Assembly (NCBI GenBank): GCA_002269645.1
Contig: NIVC01001010.1
Location: 1-64,000 of the forward strand
Source of the DNA: Macrostomum lignano
Taxonomy: Eukaryota
Direction of reading: 5' to 3'
DNA: 64,000 bases
Shown one piece after another: positions 1-13,200 of this stretch; the stretch's first letter is position 1; each line of letters starts with the position of its first letter. Both the position numbers and the translations under genes were made by a program. The notes beneath the pieces are model-generated. The model made no database searches, had not been told where the DNA came from, and was given only the letters and a program-made list of their open reading frames with translations.

Positions 1-860
1 GTCAGCCAGTGACACAGTCATCCAGACACAGTCAGCCCAGTGACACACAGCGTGACAGTCAGCCAGTGACACAGTCAGCCAGTGACACAGTCAGCCAGTG
101 ACACAGTCAGCCAGTGACACAGTCAGCCAGTGACACAGTCAGCCAGTGACACACAGCCAGTGACACACAGTCAGCCAGTAGCCAGTGACAGTCAGCCAGT
201 AGCCAGTGACACACAGTCAGCCAGTAGTAGCCAGTGACAGTCAGCCAGTAGCCAGTGACACACAGTCAGCCAGTAGCCAGTGACACACAGTCAGCCAGTA
301 GCCAGTGACACACAGTCAGCCAGTAGCCAGTGACAGTCAGCCAGTAGCCAGTGACACACAGTCAGCCAGTAGCCAGTGACACACAGTCAGCCAGTAGCCA
401 GTGACAGTCAGCCAGTAGCCAGTGACACACAGTCAGCCAGTAGCCAGTGACACACAGTCAGCAGATAGCCAGTGACAGTCAGCCAGTAGCCAGTGACACA
501 CAGTCAGTCAGTAGCCAGTAACAGTCAGCCAGTCAGTAGCACAGTGACAAGTCAGCCAGTAGCCAGTGACACACAGTCAGCCAGTAGCCAGTGACACACA
601 GTCAGCCAGTAGCCAGTGACACACAGTCAGCCAGTAGCCAGTGACAGTCAGCCAGAGCCAGTGACACACAGTCAGCCAGTAGCCAGTGACACACAGTCAG
701 CCAGTAGCCAGTGACACCAGTCAGCCAGTAGCCAGTGACAGTCAGCCAGTAGCCAGTGACACACAGTCAGCCAGTAGCCAGTGACAGTCAGCCAGTAGCC
801 AGTGACACACAGTCAGTCAGTAGCCAGTGACACAGTCAGCCAGTAGCCAGTGACACATAG
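1..860. repeat. Minisatellite, 18-25 bp unit (CAGTCAGCCAGTAGCCAGTGACACA and variants), overlapping the SETD9 stop codon
   Basis: Direct tandem repetition. The terminal unit reads on - as the last codons and TGA of SETD9. Confidence 0.97.
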
Positions 861-2166
861 GCAGACAGCAGCTCCTCCCCAGCTTTGACGTCCCGGCAAG
901 CCACCAGAGCCACCAGCGGCACCAGGCCTGCGCCGACTGTCCACCGCCTGCAGGCCTCGGCACTGTAGAAGGCGCACGGCAGGCTGGCCAGCATCCGGAC
1001 ACCCTCGCGTCCGGCTGGCACCGGCCAGGCGAGCTCCCGGTAGCGGACATTTGCTGGCCGATCTTCGCCAGTCTCATTGTTAACAATATGCCCTGTTGCT
1101 AAGGCGTTGCTAGCATAGTCGCTGGCCGAACGCGCCGAGCACTGAGCCAGGCGGACCCGGCCGGCTCCCAGCCGATGAGACGGTCGCGGCCGGCGCAGGA
1201 CCGGAACACGGACCGGCCCAGCCAGGAGTCGCCAGCGTCAACCAGGATGCCGTCGGCCCGCCTCAGAATGAACTGGTTGCCAATGGAGACGATCATGGCC
1301 GGATCGCCCTGGCAGTAGATCGTGCTGGATACAGGCCGAGCTGGGGGGGGGGGGCAAGAGACAGACAGAGGGGGAATTATTGGCGCCAATACTGGTACGC
1401 AGGCACGCACTCATTCGCACGCTCACACTCACACAGGGTGTACAGCAGCCCTGGCTTTCTTGCATCGCCAGGATGACTTTCACATGTCACACACTCGATG
1501 TCGTAACTTCTCGTAAGGCCTTAGGGATTGACCTTTTTATTGTGCACTTTGTCAGACATCAGTCATTTCAACAAGGACACCTGATTCCAAAGCACGTAAC
1601 AATATGGAACTGTTTATACACATGAATGAAATCCTTTCCATTCATTCAATACTTAATTCTTAAAAGATTATATTGTCGACTTACTACTTCTCTCATCATG
1701 AGTAGTATAGTCACGACATAATTTTTTTAAATTTCATGGTATTTCAAATAATAAATATACCCCTTACCAGTGATCCCGGACCGGCGCGACCCTCAACCAA
1801 GAAGACGCCGAGCCCGGCACCTCCTGGCAGGCTGCTGGGACCGAGACCCAGCCGGTAGCCGAAAAGTCGACTTAGACCATCGTTGCCATGGCAACTGTTG
1901 CCATTGTTAACCAGACAGCGAAGATAGCGAGTCATCTGGTCGCACAGGTGGGCGTGTAGTTCAGACTCGGAACTGAACCCAGCCAGCTTGGCTGTTGGCA
2001 GGTCGCTGTCACTGGCTAGCAGACGACGGAAATGTGAATCGCTTGATGACCCAACATCTCCTGGCAGCTGCTCAGATGCTTCGGATGACTGGCGCCCAGC
2101 AGTGCGGACAAGCCAAGGCACAAATCTGTAGCGGTAGGAGCGCCACCAGGACTGCCAGCTTGGCAT
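836..2166 (-). CDS. SETD9: SET domain-containing protein 9; exons 2166-1768 and 1340-836; two apparent frameshifts in exon 2
   Basis: WRSYRYRFVPW, LGPSSLPGGAGLGVF, LYP(G)TIY..SIGNQFILRRADGILVD, SCAGRDRL, NALATGHIVNN..ANVRYRE and LVALVACRDVKAGEELLSAY follow SETD9 motifs as I recall them. GT donor at 1767, CAG acceptor at 1343-1341. The frame breaks near 1325 and at about 1110-1150. Confidence 0.88.
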
Positions 2167-4029
2167 GGCAATCGTGCCACTTAACAAGCCTTGTTTTGTT
2201 ACAATGTGAATCTCACTTGTGACTAAAAGCTCTGCTGAAGCGATGCAGTGAGTGATAGTAATAATCGGACTATCAATTCCTATTAGAAATTAGATAGACT
2301 TTAAAAGACTGTAGTTCGGTGCAAACAAACACATCAAAAGCTGGTTCTCATTACTACCAGTAGGTATACTGGTCAAATATTACTCAAGTCAATTTTTAAA
2401 CGGGTCTAAACCAATTTTTTATCGATTTTAGCAATCTTTGACTCATGGAGCCTTATAAATTTCTATTGCTTTATAAAATAAATGTATACCACTTAACATT
2501 TAGCAAAGATAGTAAATCAAAAACATGAATATTTTGATATGATAAGTTAATAACAAATTTTTATCTATTCATCTACAAAACTAAGTTTTGTACTTTGAAG
2601 TATGGTACTTTGAAGTACATCAAGTAGTAATAAATTCTTAAATAGTAATAAAACTACGAAGTAGTAAATTAGATAAACTATAAGTGTAGTTAAACTATAA
2701 AGTGTAGTGTAGCTTAAAAAGTTGTTCTATGAGTGGTTATTTATGTAAAAAACAATATTATTCAGTAAAAAATGCAAGAATAAAACTAATTTAAAATTAA
2801 GCTACAATTTAAAGCCATTGACTAGCACGCCTAATGGAAATTAGAGAAATCATTAACTTTTTAAAGCCCTCTAGCCAGCCTTGCAACAAGCACTGTTTCG
2901 CTGAAAATGTCAACTTTATATTTTCGCGAATGTACAATAGCCAGTATAACGAACAGTAGTTTGATTTTCTTTACTAATATGCAAAGCTGTAGGGAAAAAG
3001 ATCAACATATTCATTTCTGGTTTAGGCTTTAAATCCTATAAATCTGAATATAGCATGGTTTTAATTTTTCTGCTCACCTGTCAAGCTCGAATTTTCAGAG
3101 TTTTCCTTATTTGAATTTTTAAAAGTTTTCGTGCACAGCTTACGCAGACAACAACAAGTCCTATCTATGCGAAAATGTAGTATATTTATTTAGTATGTTC
3201 TGAGTATAGACGACGATAGTATTTACTATGATTCGTTATTTAGGTTAGGTAACATAGCAGATATGGAAATAAAATGTTTTTTTTTATATTTACATGAGAA
3301 AAAAATTGTTTTTGAATGAATCATTTGATTTATAAAAAACTATTGTAGTTCAGGGCCATGAATCTATGTACACTTTGGTATTTATTTCAAGTTTTGCTTG
3401 GTTTTTATAAGTGCTAGTGCGGGGACTCTAAAGCTTTATATATGAATTTGATTCATATACTCTCTATATATACAGTGAGTAGACCTGTTTAAATTTCTTG
3501 TTGCATGGTGACTTTTTGCAAAATAAAAAGTTGAGCTAAACCTCATCTTTAAGCCAAACTTGTTATATTTTAAATAAAAAGTTTTTTATATCTAGTTTCA
3601 ATTTAAAGTAAATGTGTAATTAATGTAATTTGTATGTGTTCAATAGAAGGATCAGTAGATAAAAAGTAAATTGTCTTCTATGTGAAGTTTATAACTAATG
3701 TCAGAAAAATTGGAATGGCTAAAATGAAAAATTTAAGTAAGGTGGTCATTTAAAATTTAAGCTCACTAATTTAAGTCCTTGGGTTGAGCTTAGGTTGAAT
3801 ATACCTGAATTATTAACCATTTTCATTATGTCAATCAGCCAATTTCACAATGCTTAATAAAACATTATATAGTCAGATTTTAATTAATCTTAGTGACCAA
3901 TATTATCAATATTGTATGCTATGCTATTTTAGACTACTATCTGTCCATTTTAATGATAGCTTGAATAAATTATAATTGTTATCATAGTTAAATCTGATTG
4001 AGCAAATAAAAAACAAGTGCACACTTTTC

Positions 4030-5055
4030 ATGCATTGTGAAAATATGTCTCATGAATCTAATCGTCCACTAATTGGTAGCCACTTTGGCCAGGTGGCCCA
4101 GATAACTGAGCACGTCTTTCTGAGCAGTGCTCAACCTCTACAGGACCCTCGAATTGATGAAATGAGATTTGATTTGGTTATCAGTGCTACCTTGGAGCCA
4201 CCAGTCCATTTAAAACTGACAGAATCATTTCCTGTAAGTAAGAGGTGTCAAGATCTTATTGACTTAGAGGCGTAGTTGGTCTACTGAAGTTAGGGTAGAA
4301 CTGCAGTGGTAGTCTACTGAAGTTAGGGTAAGAACTGCAGTGGTGGTCCACTGAAAGAAGGGTAGAACTGCAGTGGTAGTCTACTGAAGGAAGAGTAGAT
4401 CTGCGGTGGTAGTCTACCGAAGGAAGGGTAGAACTGCGAGTTAGTCTACCGAAGGAAGCGTAGCTCTGCGGTGGTAGTCACTAGAATTGTTCATCTCTTC
4501 AATCAATCAAAACCACCTAAAAAGTTAGTGGTTACCACTAAAAAATACAAACAGGAGACGTCAGAGTTGACCATGAGTACGTAGCTGAATAACCTGAGCT
4601 GCAATTCACCCTGCTACAGGAATACAGGAAGGATTACAGACAAAAAATCCGCTTTCAATTCGCAGATCTCGGTGGACGACAATCCTCAAGCTGACATTGG
4701 GCAGCACTTTGACGCAGTGGCCGATCGAATCAACTCGGAGGCGTTGAACGGCCGTCGCGTTCTGGTCTACTGCAAAGCCGGGGTGTCGCGCTCGGCCACC
4801 CTAGTGCTGGCCTACCTGGTCAAGCACGCGGGCCTAAGCCTGCGCGAGGCGCACTCTGTCTGCAAGCGTCGGCGGCCGTTCATCCGGCCGAATGCCGGCT
4901 TCTGGCGACAGTTGTGCACCTTCGAGCTGTCGAGGCGAGGCGAACAGTCCGTCAAGATGGTTCAGTCAGCCGAGGACGGCCTGATTCCCGATCTCTATAA
5001 AGATGAACTGGCTAGCGGTTCCGCCGGTGGTCTGTGCTGGATTGCGCTGAAATAA
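4030..5055 (+). CDS. Atypical dual-specificity protein phosphatase (DUSP14/18/21-like); exons 4030-4233 and 4666-5055, about 197 aa
   Basis: QITEHVFLS, ISVDDNP..IGQHFDAVAD, VLVYCKAGVSRSATLVLAYL and RPFIRPNAGFWRQL are DSP-fold motifs. GTAAGT donor at 4234 and CAG acceptor ending 4665 join in phase 0. Confidence 0.9.
4272..4480. repeat. Intronic 33-bp tandem repeat, about 6 diverging copies
   Basis: GTAGTCTACTGAAGTTAGGGTAGAACTGCAGTG repeated inside the DUSP intron. Confidence 0.85.
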
Positions 5056-7243
5056 ATGCGGCAGTTTATTCCTTTGATGTACAGTTTAATGCATTTTATT
5101 TCCAACTAAACCTGTTTTAGTTGATGTACCGTATTTGCACACCGTATGCAAACTTAAATAAATGGATTTCTCTGACCGCCGCTCATGATTTGTACTTTTT
5201 TTGAGCGACTGTCCGAACAGTCAATATTATGAGGCAATACATGTAGATTCTTAATACATCAACTGCTATCCAAGTAGATGAAATTTAATTTTTATGTACA
5301 TGTACATGTACCTTGTCTTACAGTATAAAAAAGCGTTGCAGCTCTGTTCAAAATTACCCGCATAAAAATAATATGAAATTCAGAGATGATCAATCATCGA
5401 ACGTACATTCACTTTAGGATTTAAAGAACATGGATATGCGCCATGCTCCATTCAAAAAACGACTAAGTATTATATTTGGCCTATGCACGGGTGTCGCCAT
5501 GGGATTTTATGATGGGGAAGGGAAATTCCTATATTATTTTGGGAATCTTTGTTTGTTATACATGTACTGTATTTTGGCGCCACAGGCACTCATTTTGGCG
5601 CCCTGAAGGTATCAAATGTTTACATTTTCAAGAATCAATTAAGATCTACATACATTTATAGCTTTACTCGTAAGTAACGTACGGCTACATCTGCAAGAAA
5701 ATGCTTACTTTTTTAAATAGCGATCTATCGCTGTTATCAAAAATAACAAATAATTATTAATTAATCAGAAATAATGCACCAAAAATGCATTTAGGAGAGG
5801 GGAAATTCTAACGTACTGTTACCGGCTGAGCGCGCGTTTTTTTATTTTTGCTTTTCGTTCCATTTGGACTGAATCGTTCGACATAGCCTGCTTGCCCCGA
5901 AAGGGATGAAAAAACTAGGCGATATATATACATGTAGAAGTAAATGAGCCGGTTTTGCATTTACCACTGTTTTACTTAGCCCGACAAAAGCAATGCTTGA
6001 CATAACAATTTTTATCAAATTTAATGTATGTTTATTCAAGGTCCTTGCGTTTAGCTGATATTGTCTACATGCAGTGCAATGCAAAAAACACGTTAAAAAT
6101 TAACGTATTTAGCTAAGTATAGCAAAGCTTATTTAATTAGTACTAAATGTTTTTGAGTCATTTACTGAAAATGACATATTAAACTTTCTGCTCACTCACT
6201 ATTTTATGCTGTATGCAAAAGTCTGAAAAGCTGCTAATTTAGGTATTTGTTTGGACTCGCAACGGGGCAAGATTTAATCGAATTTGTTCGTTTGTCACAA
6301 TTTGAAATCATTCTATTGTAATTGTAGCTACAAATATTTTACTGATTAAATATACCGCAGTCAATCAGCCATGACAGATAATGTAAATCTTATGCTAGCA
6401 TTGTACTATGAGCTGAGAGAGTGGATGTAGGTCACTACAGCCAATTCTCCATAAATCTTAATGGTTTACAGAAAAGAATGTTTAATAATGTACCCTAAGG
6501 CCTAATCGCGGCTAATAATATTGCAATTTGCTTGTTTGTTTGTTGCATGTATATATGCAACCAAACTGTATGAATAAATCTACAGATAAGCTAAATTGTT
6601 GCTAGTTATTTCAAAAAGTAAATGATTAACAAAGCTATGTAGTATGTTGAACTGTTTTAAAAATAGTTTTTTTTCTATTTACTTTATAACATTTTTTAAT
6701 TTTATACATTCTAGAATTATCATGTTCTTAAATTATTTCCTATACAACGCTAGCAAGGTTTTAGAGTATTGCTGGCATTCTAGCTGCATAAAATTGTATT
6801 TGTATAGCATAGCTTATTTTACACTTGTCCTAGCAATAGTAATTATTTCAATTGCTAAACACATCAGAGAATTTTTTGTTCTAAATTCAGTTTAACATAT
6901 TTCAAGATGCCTGTATTTAGGTGCTTGAAATTTAGTATGAGCGGATAGAACTGCAAAATTTGTCTGTTTTGTGCATTTCTTTTTTATTTTGATTAGTGTT
7001 TATTCAAATAGAGATGATGGTCATGGAATGTCTTTAATAGAAAAATTAGGCTATGCTGAACAAAAGCATACTGACACCTCAATCCAATGTTTTATAGATA
7101 CTATTTTATAGCTTATAAAGTTACAAAGCATAATAAGAATAGTTCATGAAAACAAAATGTTTATGCTTTCCTACTCAACAAATATGCTTTCATTGTGTCA
7201 ATATTTCATCGTGCCAAGGTCGAAACTCAAGCGAGCGGACTCA

Positions 7244-10200
7244 ATGCTGCCAAGTCCGCGCCCCGACTCCGCCGAGGCCTACAGCGACTACGAAGACTAT
7301 GGCTTCGACAATGTCGAGCAGCGAGTTTACGTCGATTATCCGGGCCAGAGCGACGACGAATTCGACTATCGCTTTATGAGCAGCTGGACAGTCAACAGGT
7401 CAAACGACAGCGCGTGGCAGCCATTTGAGCGAAGCCTCGACAGCGATACCGCCGCAGCCTCCTTCACGTCCCAGCAGCGGCGCGCTGTCGTCTTTGGCCC
7501 TGCCGAGGTGGCCGCCGGCCTCGCCCGCGACTCCGTGGCCGCGGCGCGTGAGCTTCACCAAGAGGCTCAGTACCAACGTCGGCTACGTCGCCGACTCGAC
7601 CGCATCGCTGGTGACCTCGCCGACCTGGAGCGACAGCGGGTGCCACCGCTGGACCTGGTGCAGATGGCGGAGCCCAGCGAGTCCCGGCTGCTCATGCGCG
7701 GCGCCATCGATCTCGACTTTCGATCGTCAGACGGTGAAGAGGCCGATGACGGCGACGGCGACGGTGGCGACGGTCCGGCAACGCCAGGTCAGTTAGCCGA
7801 GCTGAGCCGCCTCCGGCGGGACCTCGACTACGGCGGCGTTGATCGGCCGCCGCCGCCCCAGCCTCCACCCGCGAAGCCGCCGCCCCGATTGCTGCCTCCC
7901 TTGGCTCCGGCGCAGCGCGGCTCCGGCCTGAACCGATCCTGGCCGACGGAGTCCCGGCCGGCGAAACCATCGCCGCCGCTGCCGCCGCTTCGGCCAAGAA
8001 CTCCAACCAAGCTGCTGTCGCAACCGCCGCCGCAGCGTGGTGGCGCATCCGTCATGCCGCGAGTACGCAGCGAGGACTCGCTGGTAAGAATAACTCCAGC
8101 TTTTTATTGGCGCATCATAGTTATTGTATTGGTGCCCCCTCTGTAGCTGACACCCTCTGTAGCTGACACCCTCTGTAGCTGGCCCCCTCTGTAGCTGACA
8201 CCCTCTGTAGCTGACACCCTCTGTAGCTGGCGCCCCCTCTGTAGCTGACACCCTCTGTAGCTGGTGCCCCCTCTGTAGCTGACACCCTCTGTAGCTGACA
8301 CCCTCTGTAGCTGGCCCCCTCTGTAGCTGACACCCTCTGTAGCTGACACCCTCTGTAGCTGACACCCTCTGTAGCTGACACCCTCTGTAGCTGACACCCT
8401 CTGTAGCTGGCGCCCCCTCTGTAGCTGACACCCTCTGTAGCTGGTGCCCCCTCTGTAGCTGACACCCTCTGTAGCTGACACCCTCTGTAGCTGACACCCT
8501 CTGTAGCTGGCCCCCTCTGTAGCTGGCCCCCTCTGTAGCTGGCGCCCCCTCTGTAGCTGACACCCTCTTTAGCTGGCCCCCTCTGTAGCTGGCGCCCCCT
8601 CTGTAGCTGGCACCCTCTGTAGCTGGCGCCCCCTCTGTAGCTGGCGCCCCCTCTGTAGCTGGCGCCCCCTCTGTAGCTGGCACGCTCTGTAGCTGGCGCC
8701 CCCTCTGTAGCTGGCACCCTCTGTAGCTGGCGCCCCCTCTGTAGCTGGCGCCCCCTCTGTAGTTGGCGCTCCCTCCCCTGTAGCTGGCGCCCCCTCCCCT
8801 GTAGCTGGTGCCCCCTGTAGCTGTAGCTGGCGCCCCCCTCTGTAGTTGGCGCCCCCTCTGTAGTTGGCGCCCCCTGTATAGCTGGCGCCCCCTCTGTAGC
8901 TAGAATGTCATTCAGCTGCATCTCTCACCCTTCCAGCCGCAGCTGACTCAGCAGCACCGCCACTCGGTTCCCCCTGAGAGGATGCTTCCGGTTCGAGCTG
9001 CCCCCGCACCGGCCTTCTGGCCCCCGTCTGCCCAGCAACAGGCGCCGGCTTACCTACTCAGCGGTGGCGCTTTCGGCCAGCCAATCATCCTGCCAGTGTA
9101 TCCGCAGGTGCTGCAGCATCCGGCGCAGTCTCCGTTAGTTACCATGCTGCCTTATCAGCAGTTCCAACAGCAGCCGCAGTTGCAGTTTCAGACGCCGCCC
9201 TCAGCGCCGGTGCTGATACAGGTATGGTTGGTATGCTGATACAGGTATGGTTGGTGTGCTGATACAGGTATGGTTGGTAGCAAACCGGAAGTGAGAAAGG
9301 AGACTGGTAACCAACCAGAAGTGAGAAGGTTTCTGGCAACCGGAACTTAGAAGAAAGACTGGTAATCAACCGGAAGTGAGAAGAGAGACTGGTAACCAAC
9401 CAGAAGTGAGAAGGTTTCTGGAAACCGGAACTTAGAAGAAAGACTGGTAATCAACCGGAAGTGAGAAGAGAGACTGGTAACCAACCAGAAGTGAGAAGGT
9501 TTCTGGAAACCGGAACTTAGAAGAAAGACTGGTAATCAACCGGAAGTGAGAAGAGAGACTGGTAACCAACCGAAACTGAGAAAGGAGACTGGTAACCAAC
9601 CAGAAGTGAGAATGTTTCTGGCAACCGGAAGTAAGAAGAAAGACTGGTAATCAACCGGAAATGAGAAGACAGACTGGTAACCAACTAAAGGTGATAAGGT
9701 TTTGGGTTAAAAGCAGAAGTTAAAATGGGCCTGTGAATAACCGGAAGTGATTATGGCACTGAGAAGCAAAGAGATCGATCTATGAGAAACGACAGTTTTA
9801 GCATCAGAGTTTAGCGACAGTTTAGGAAACAAATAAAACGGGAAAAATGGAAAAGATCGATGTCTGATTGTCTGACATTGTCTGAAACCCGAACTGCGGC
9901 ACTCCAGCAGCAGCAGCATCCGCCGCACGGACAGCCGGCGAGTTCAAAGCACCAGCAGCAGCATCCGCACGGACAGCCGGCGAGTTCAAAGCACCAGCAG
10001 CAGACTGCGAGCTCCCTGCCTCCGATAGCTGAGCCTCGGGCTGCTGTCGCCGCCGCTCCGTCTCGACCAACCGCTCAGCAGCCATCGCCTCCTCCTCATC
10101 ACCATCGACAGCAGCCAGTAAGAGCAACAACCAAAATGGCCAAAATGATCGACAGCCGTGAGTTGAACAAGGTGAGACAGATTGGGAAAAGTGAAGAGCT

Positions 10201-13200
10201 CGGGTGCCTTATTGACGTTTTATAAGTTCGAAAGGTCACATGAACTTTCGATCTTGTGAACTTTCGATCTTGTGAACTTTCGATCTTGTGAACTTTCGAT
10301 CTTGTGAACTTTCGATCTTGTGAACTTTCGATCTTGTGAACTTTCGATCTTGTGAACTTTCGATCTTGTGAACTTTCGATCTTGTGAACTTTCGATCTTG
10401 TGAACTTTCGATCTTGTGAACTTTCGATCTTGTGAACTTTCGATCTTGTGAACTTTCGATCTTGTGAACTTTCGATCTTGTGAACTTTCGATCTTGTGAA
10501 CTTTCGATCTTGTGAACTTTCGATCTTGTGAACTTTCGATCTTGTGAACTTTCGAGCTTGTGACCTTTCGAGCTTGTAAACTTTCGAGCTTGTGAACTTT
10601 CGAGCTTGTGAACTTTCGAGCTTGTGAACTTTCGAGCTTGTGAACTTTCGAGCTTGTGAACTTTCGAGCTTGTGAACTTTACTGCCTTTGACAATGTAAA
10701 ACTTTGAACATGTAAATGCATTAGTTTTTTGTCTTCGACTCCGTGGCCGGAGTATGTTTCAGACTCATGCAAACGGAATCAGTGCAAGGATTTGAGCATA
10801 CTGTAATTAACAGTTTTGTTTGCCGGCACTAACAACTGCTCACTGCTGCGATTATTAATGTTGATTGGAATTTGTGCAGATAGGAGCTTCATCAACACTG
10901 ATGATGCATTTTTACGCAATTTCTTGCTGCAGCTCCTCTTGTTATTTGTGTTTATTGACTCCCCTGCTTAACTCGACTTCTAGCCCCCTGTCAACTGCTA
11001 GCCCCTGTTTCCTGCTAGCCCCTTGTCCCCTGCTAGCCCGTGTCCCCTGCTAGCCCCCTGTCCCCTGCTAGCCCGTGTCCCCTGCTAGCCCCCCTGACCC
11101 CTGCTAGCCCCCCTGTCCCCTGCAAGCCCCTGTTCCCTGCTAGCCCGTGTCCCCTGCTAGCCCCCCTGTCCCCTGCTAGCCCCCCTGTCCCCTGCTAGCC
11201 CCCCTGTCCCCTGCTAGCCCGTGTCCCCTGCAAGCCCCTGTCCCCTGCTAGCCCGTGTCCCCTGCTAGCCCCCCGTGTCCCCTGCTAGCCCCTGTTCCCT
11301 GCTAGCCCCTGTCCCCTGCTAGCCCCCTGTCCCCTGCTAGCCCATGTTCCCTGCTAGCCCCTGTCCCCTGCTAGCCCGTGTTCCTGCTAGCCCGTGTCCC
11401 CTGCTAGCCCCTGTTCCCTGCTAGCCCCTGTTCCCTGCTATCCCCTGTTCCCTGCTAGCCCCCTGTCCCCTGCTAGCCCGTGTTCCTGCTAGCCCGTGTC
11501 CCCTGCTAGCCCCCTGTCCCCTTCTAGCCCGTGTCCCCTGCTAGCCCCTGTCCCCTGCTAGCCCCTGTTCCCTGCTAGCCCCTGTTCCCTGCTATCCCCT
11601 GTTCCCTGCTAGCCCCTGTCCCCTGCTAGCCCGTGTCCCCTGCTAGCCCGTGTCCCCTGCTAGCCCCTGTCCCCTGCTAGCCCCTGTCCCCTGCTAGCCC
11701 CCTGTCACCTGCTAGCCCCCCTGTCCCCTGCTAGCCCCTGTCCCCTGCTAGCCCCTGTTCCCTGCTAGCCCCTGTTCCCTGCTAGCCCCCTGTCCCCTGC
11801 TAGCCCCTGTCCCCTGCTAGCCCCTGTCCCCTGCTAGCCCCTGTTCCCTGCTAGCCCCTCTACTAATCACACAACCTACACCTTTAGAGCCGTGATAAGG
11901 TGAATTTAGCTCACATCGCTGCTAAAGTTACTGCGGCACGTTGTAGTAAAATAATGACTGCTTTTTTACACCTGATATCTAATACTCAAAAATGCTCCAA
12001 CACTAACACACGCTACACACATTAGCATCACTACTAACACATGTACAATGAAATGATTTATGTCATATATTATCATCAACTTTTTCCTCAGATTACAAGC
12101 GCAATGGCTGGCGTTGGCTCAAGGCAACCAGCAGGGGGTCACCAGGTACTTGTTGAGCAATTAGTTGTTTTTTATAAGGCCTACTCACCTGCTTACTTCT
12201 TCCACTCTGCACCTATATCAGGCGGCCAGCGGCTTTGGATCCCGGCTCAAGTGGGCGCCTCTTGATGACTCATTCTCGTCTAATGCCAGTTCCGCTGACG
12301 GCAAGGGCTACCTCATGGCGGTGAGACCCTGAAACTTGAATGTCGTCCGATTTCACCCATGAGGGCCAACCCAACAGAGAGTGTACATGCCTGACGATTA
12401 GAAATTCGGGGCTGCTGTACACCCTGTGTGAGCGTGTGTGTGAGTGCGTGCCTGTGTACAGTACAAGGACCACTAGAAGAAGGACGGGACACTTCGTTTC
12501 TTGGAAAATTTATTAAAGGCTGATTTCCACGGAAAAATGCATTAGCGAGATAGGAACTTTTCACTTTTTTCACTTTAAAATGATGATAGCTTTTTATTGG
12601 AAGCAGATACAAAGCTCTTCTTTTGATATAACTTACAAAACATGTTGCTTCAACGGATTTTATAAATATTTTTTTACAATTAATTGATCTTCATATAACT
12701 TTAGTTACTAGCCATATCATGCAGCAATTTTAGTTTAAAGCTAACTAGTGACTAACTTGAATTTTACAATATCTTTTTAATCGAATGTATCTATTTATTA
12801 GCAATATCATAAAAAACAGTTGGCTATAATTATATGCATAGCTAAGGTAGCTAGATAATTAAATACTTATTTTATATGAAAAGTATAAAACTAAAATGAA
12901 TAAGCAGTGAATTGGGCATATAATTATAGCCAACTGTTTTTTATGATATTGCTAATAAATAGATGCATTCGATTAAAAAGATATTGTAAAATTCAAGTTA
13001 GTCACTAATTAGGTTAATAATTAGGTTAATAATTAGGTTAATTAGGTAAATTGGGTTAATTAGGTTAATTAGGTTCATTGGGTTAACTAGGTTAATTAGG
13101 TTAATTAGGTTAATTAGGTTAATTAGGTTCGGTTCGGCAGTCAATCTGTGTCAGTCAACTGAAATACCTGACACTAATAAACAAAGACTATAAAGCCGGC

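Noticed and set aside
13010-13130. Interstitial telomere
   Set aside because: The unit is TAATTAGGT, not a clean TTAGGG or TTAGG array.
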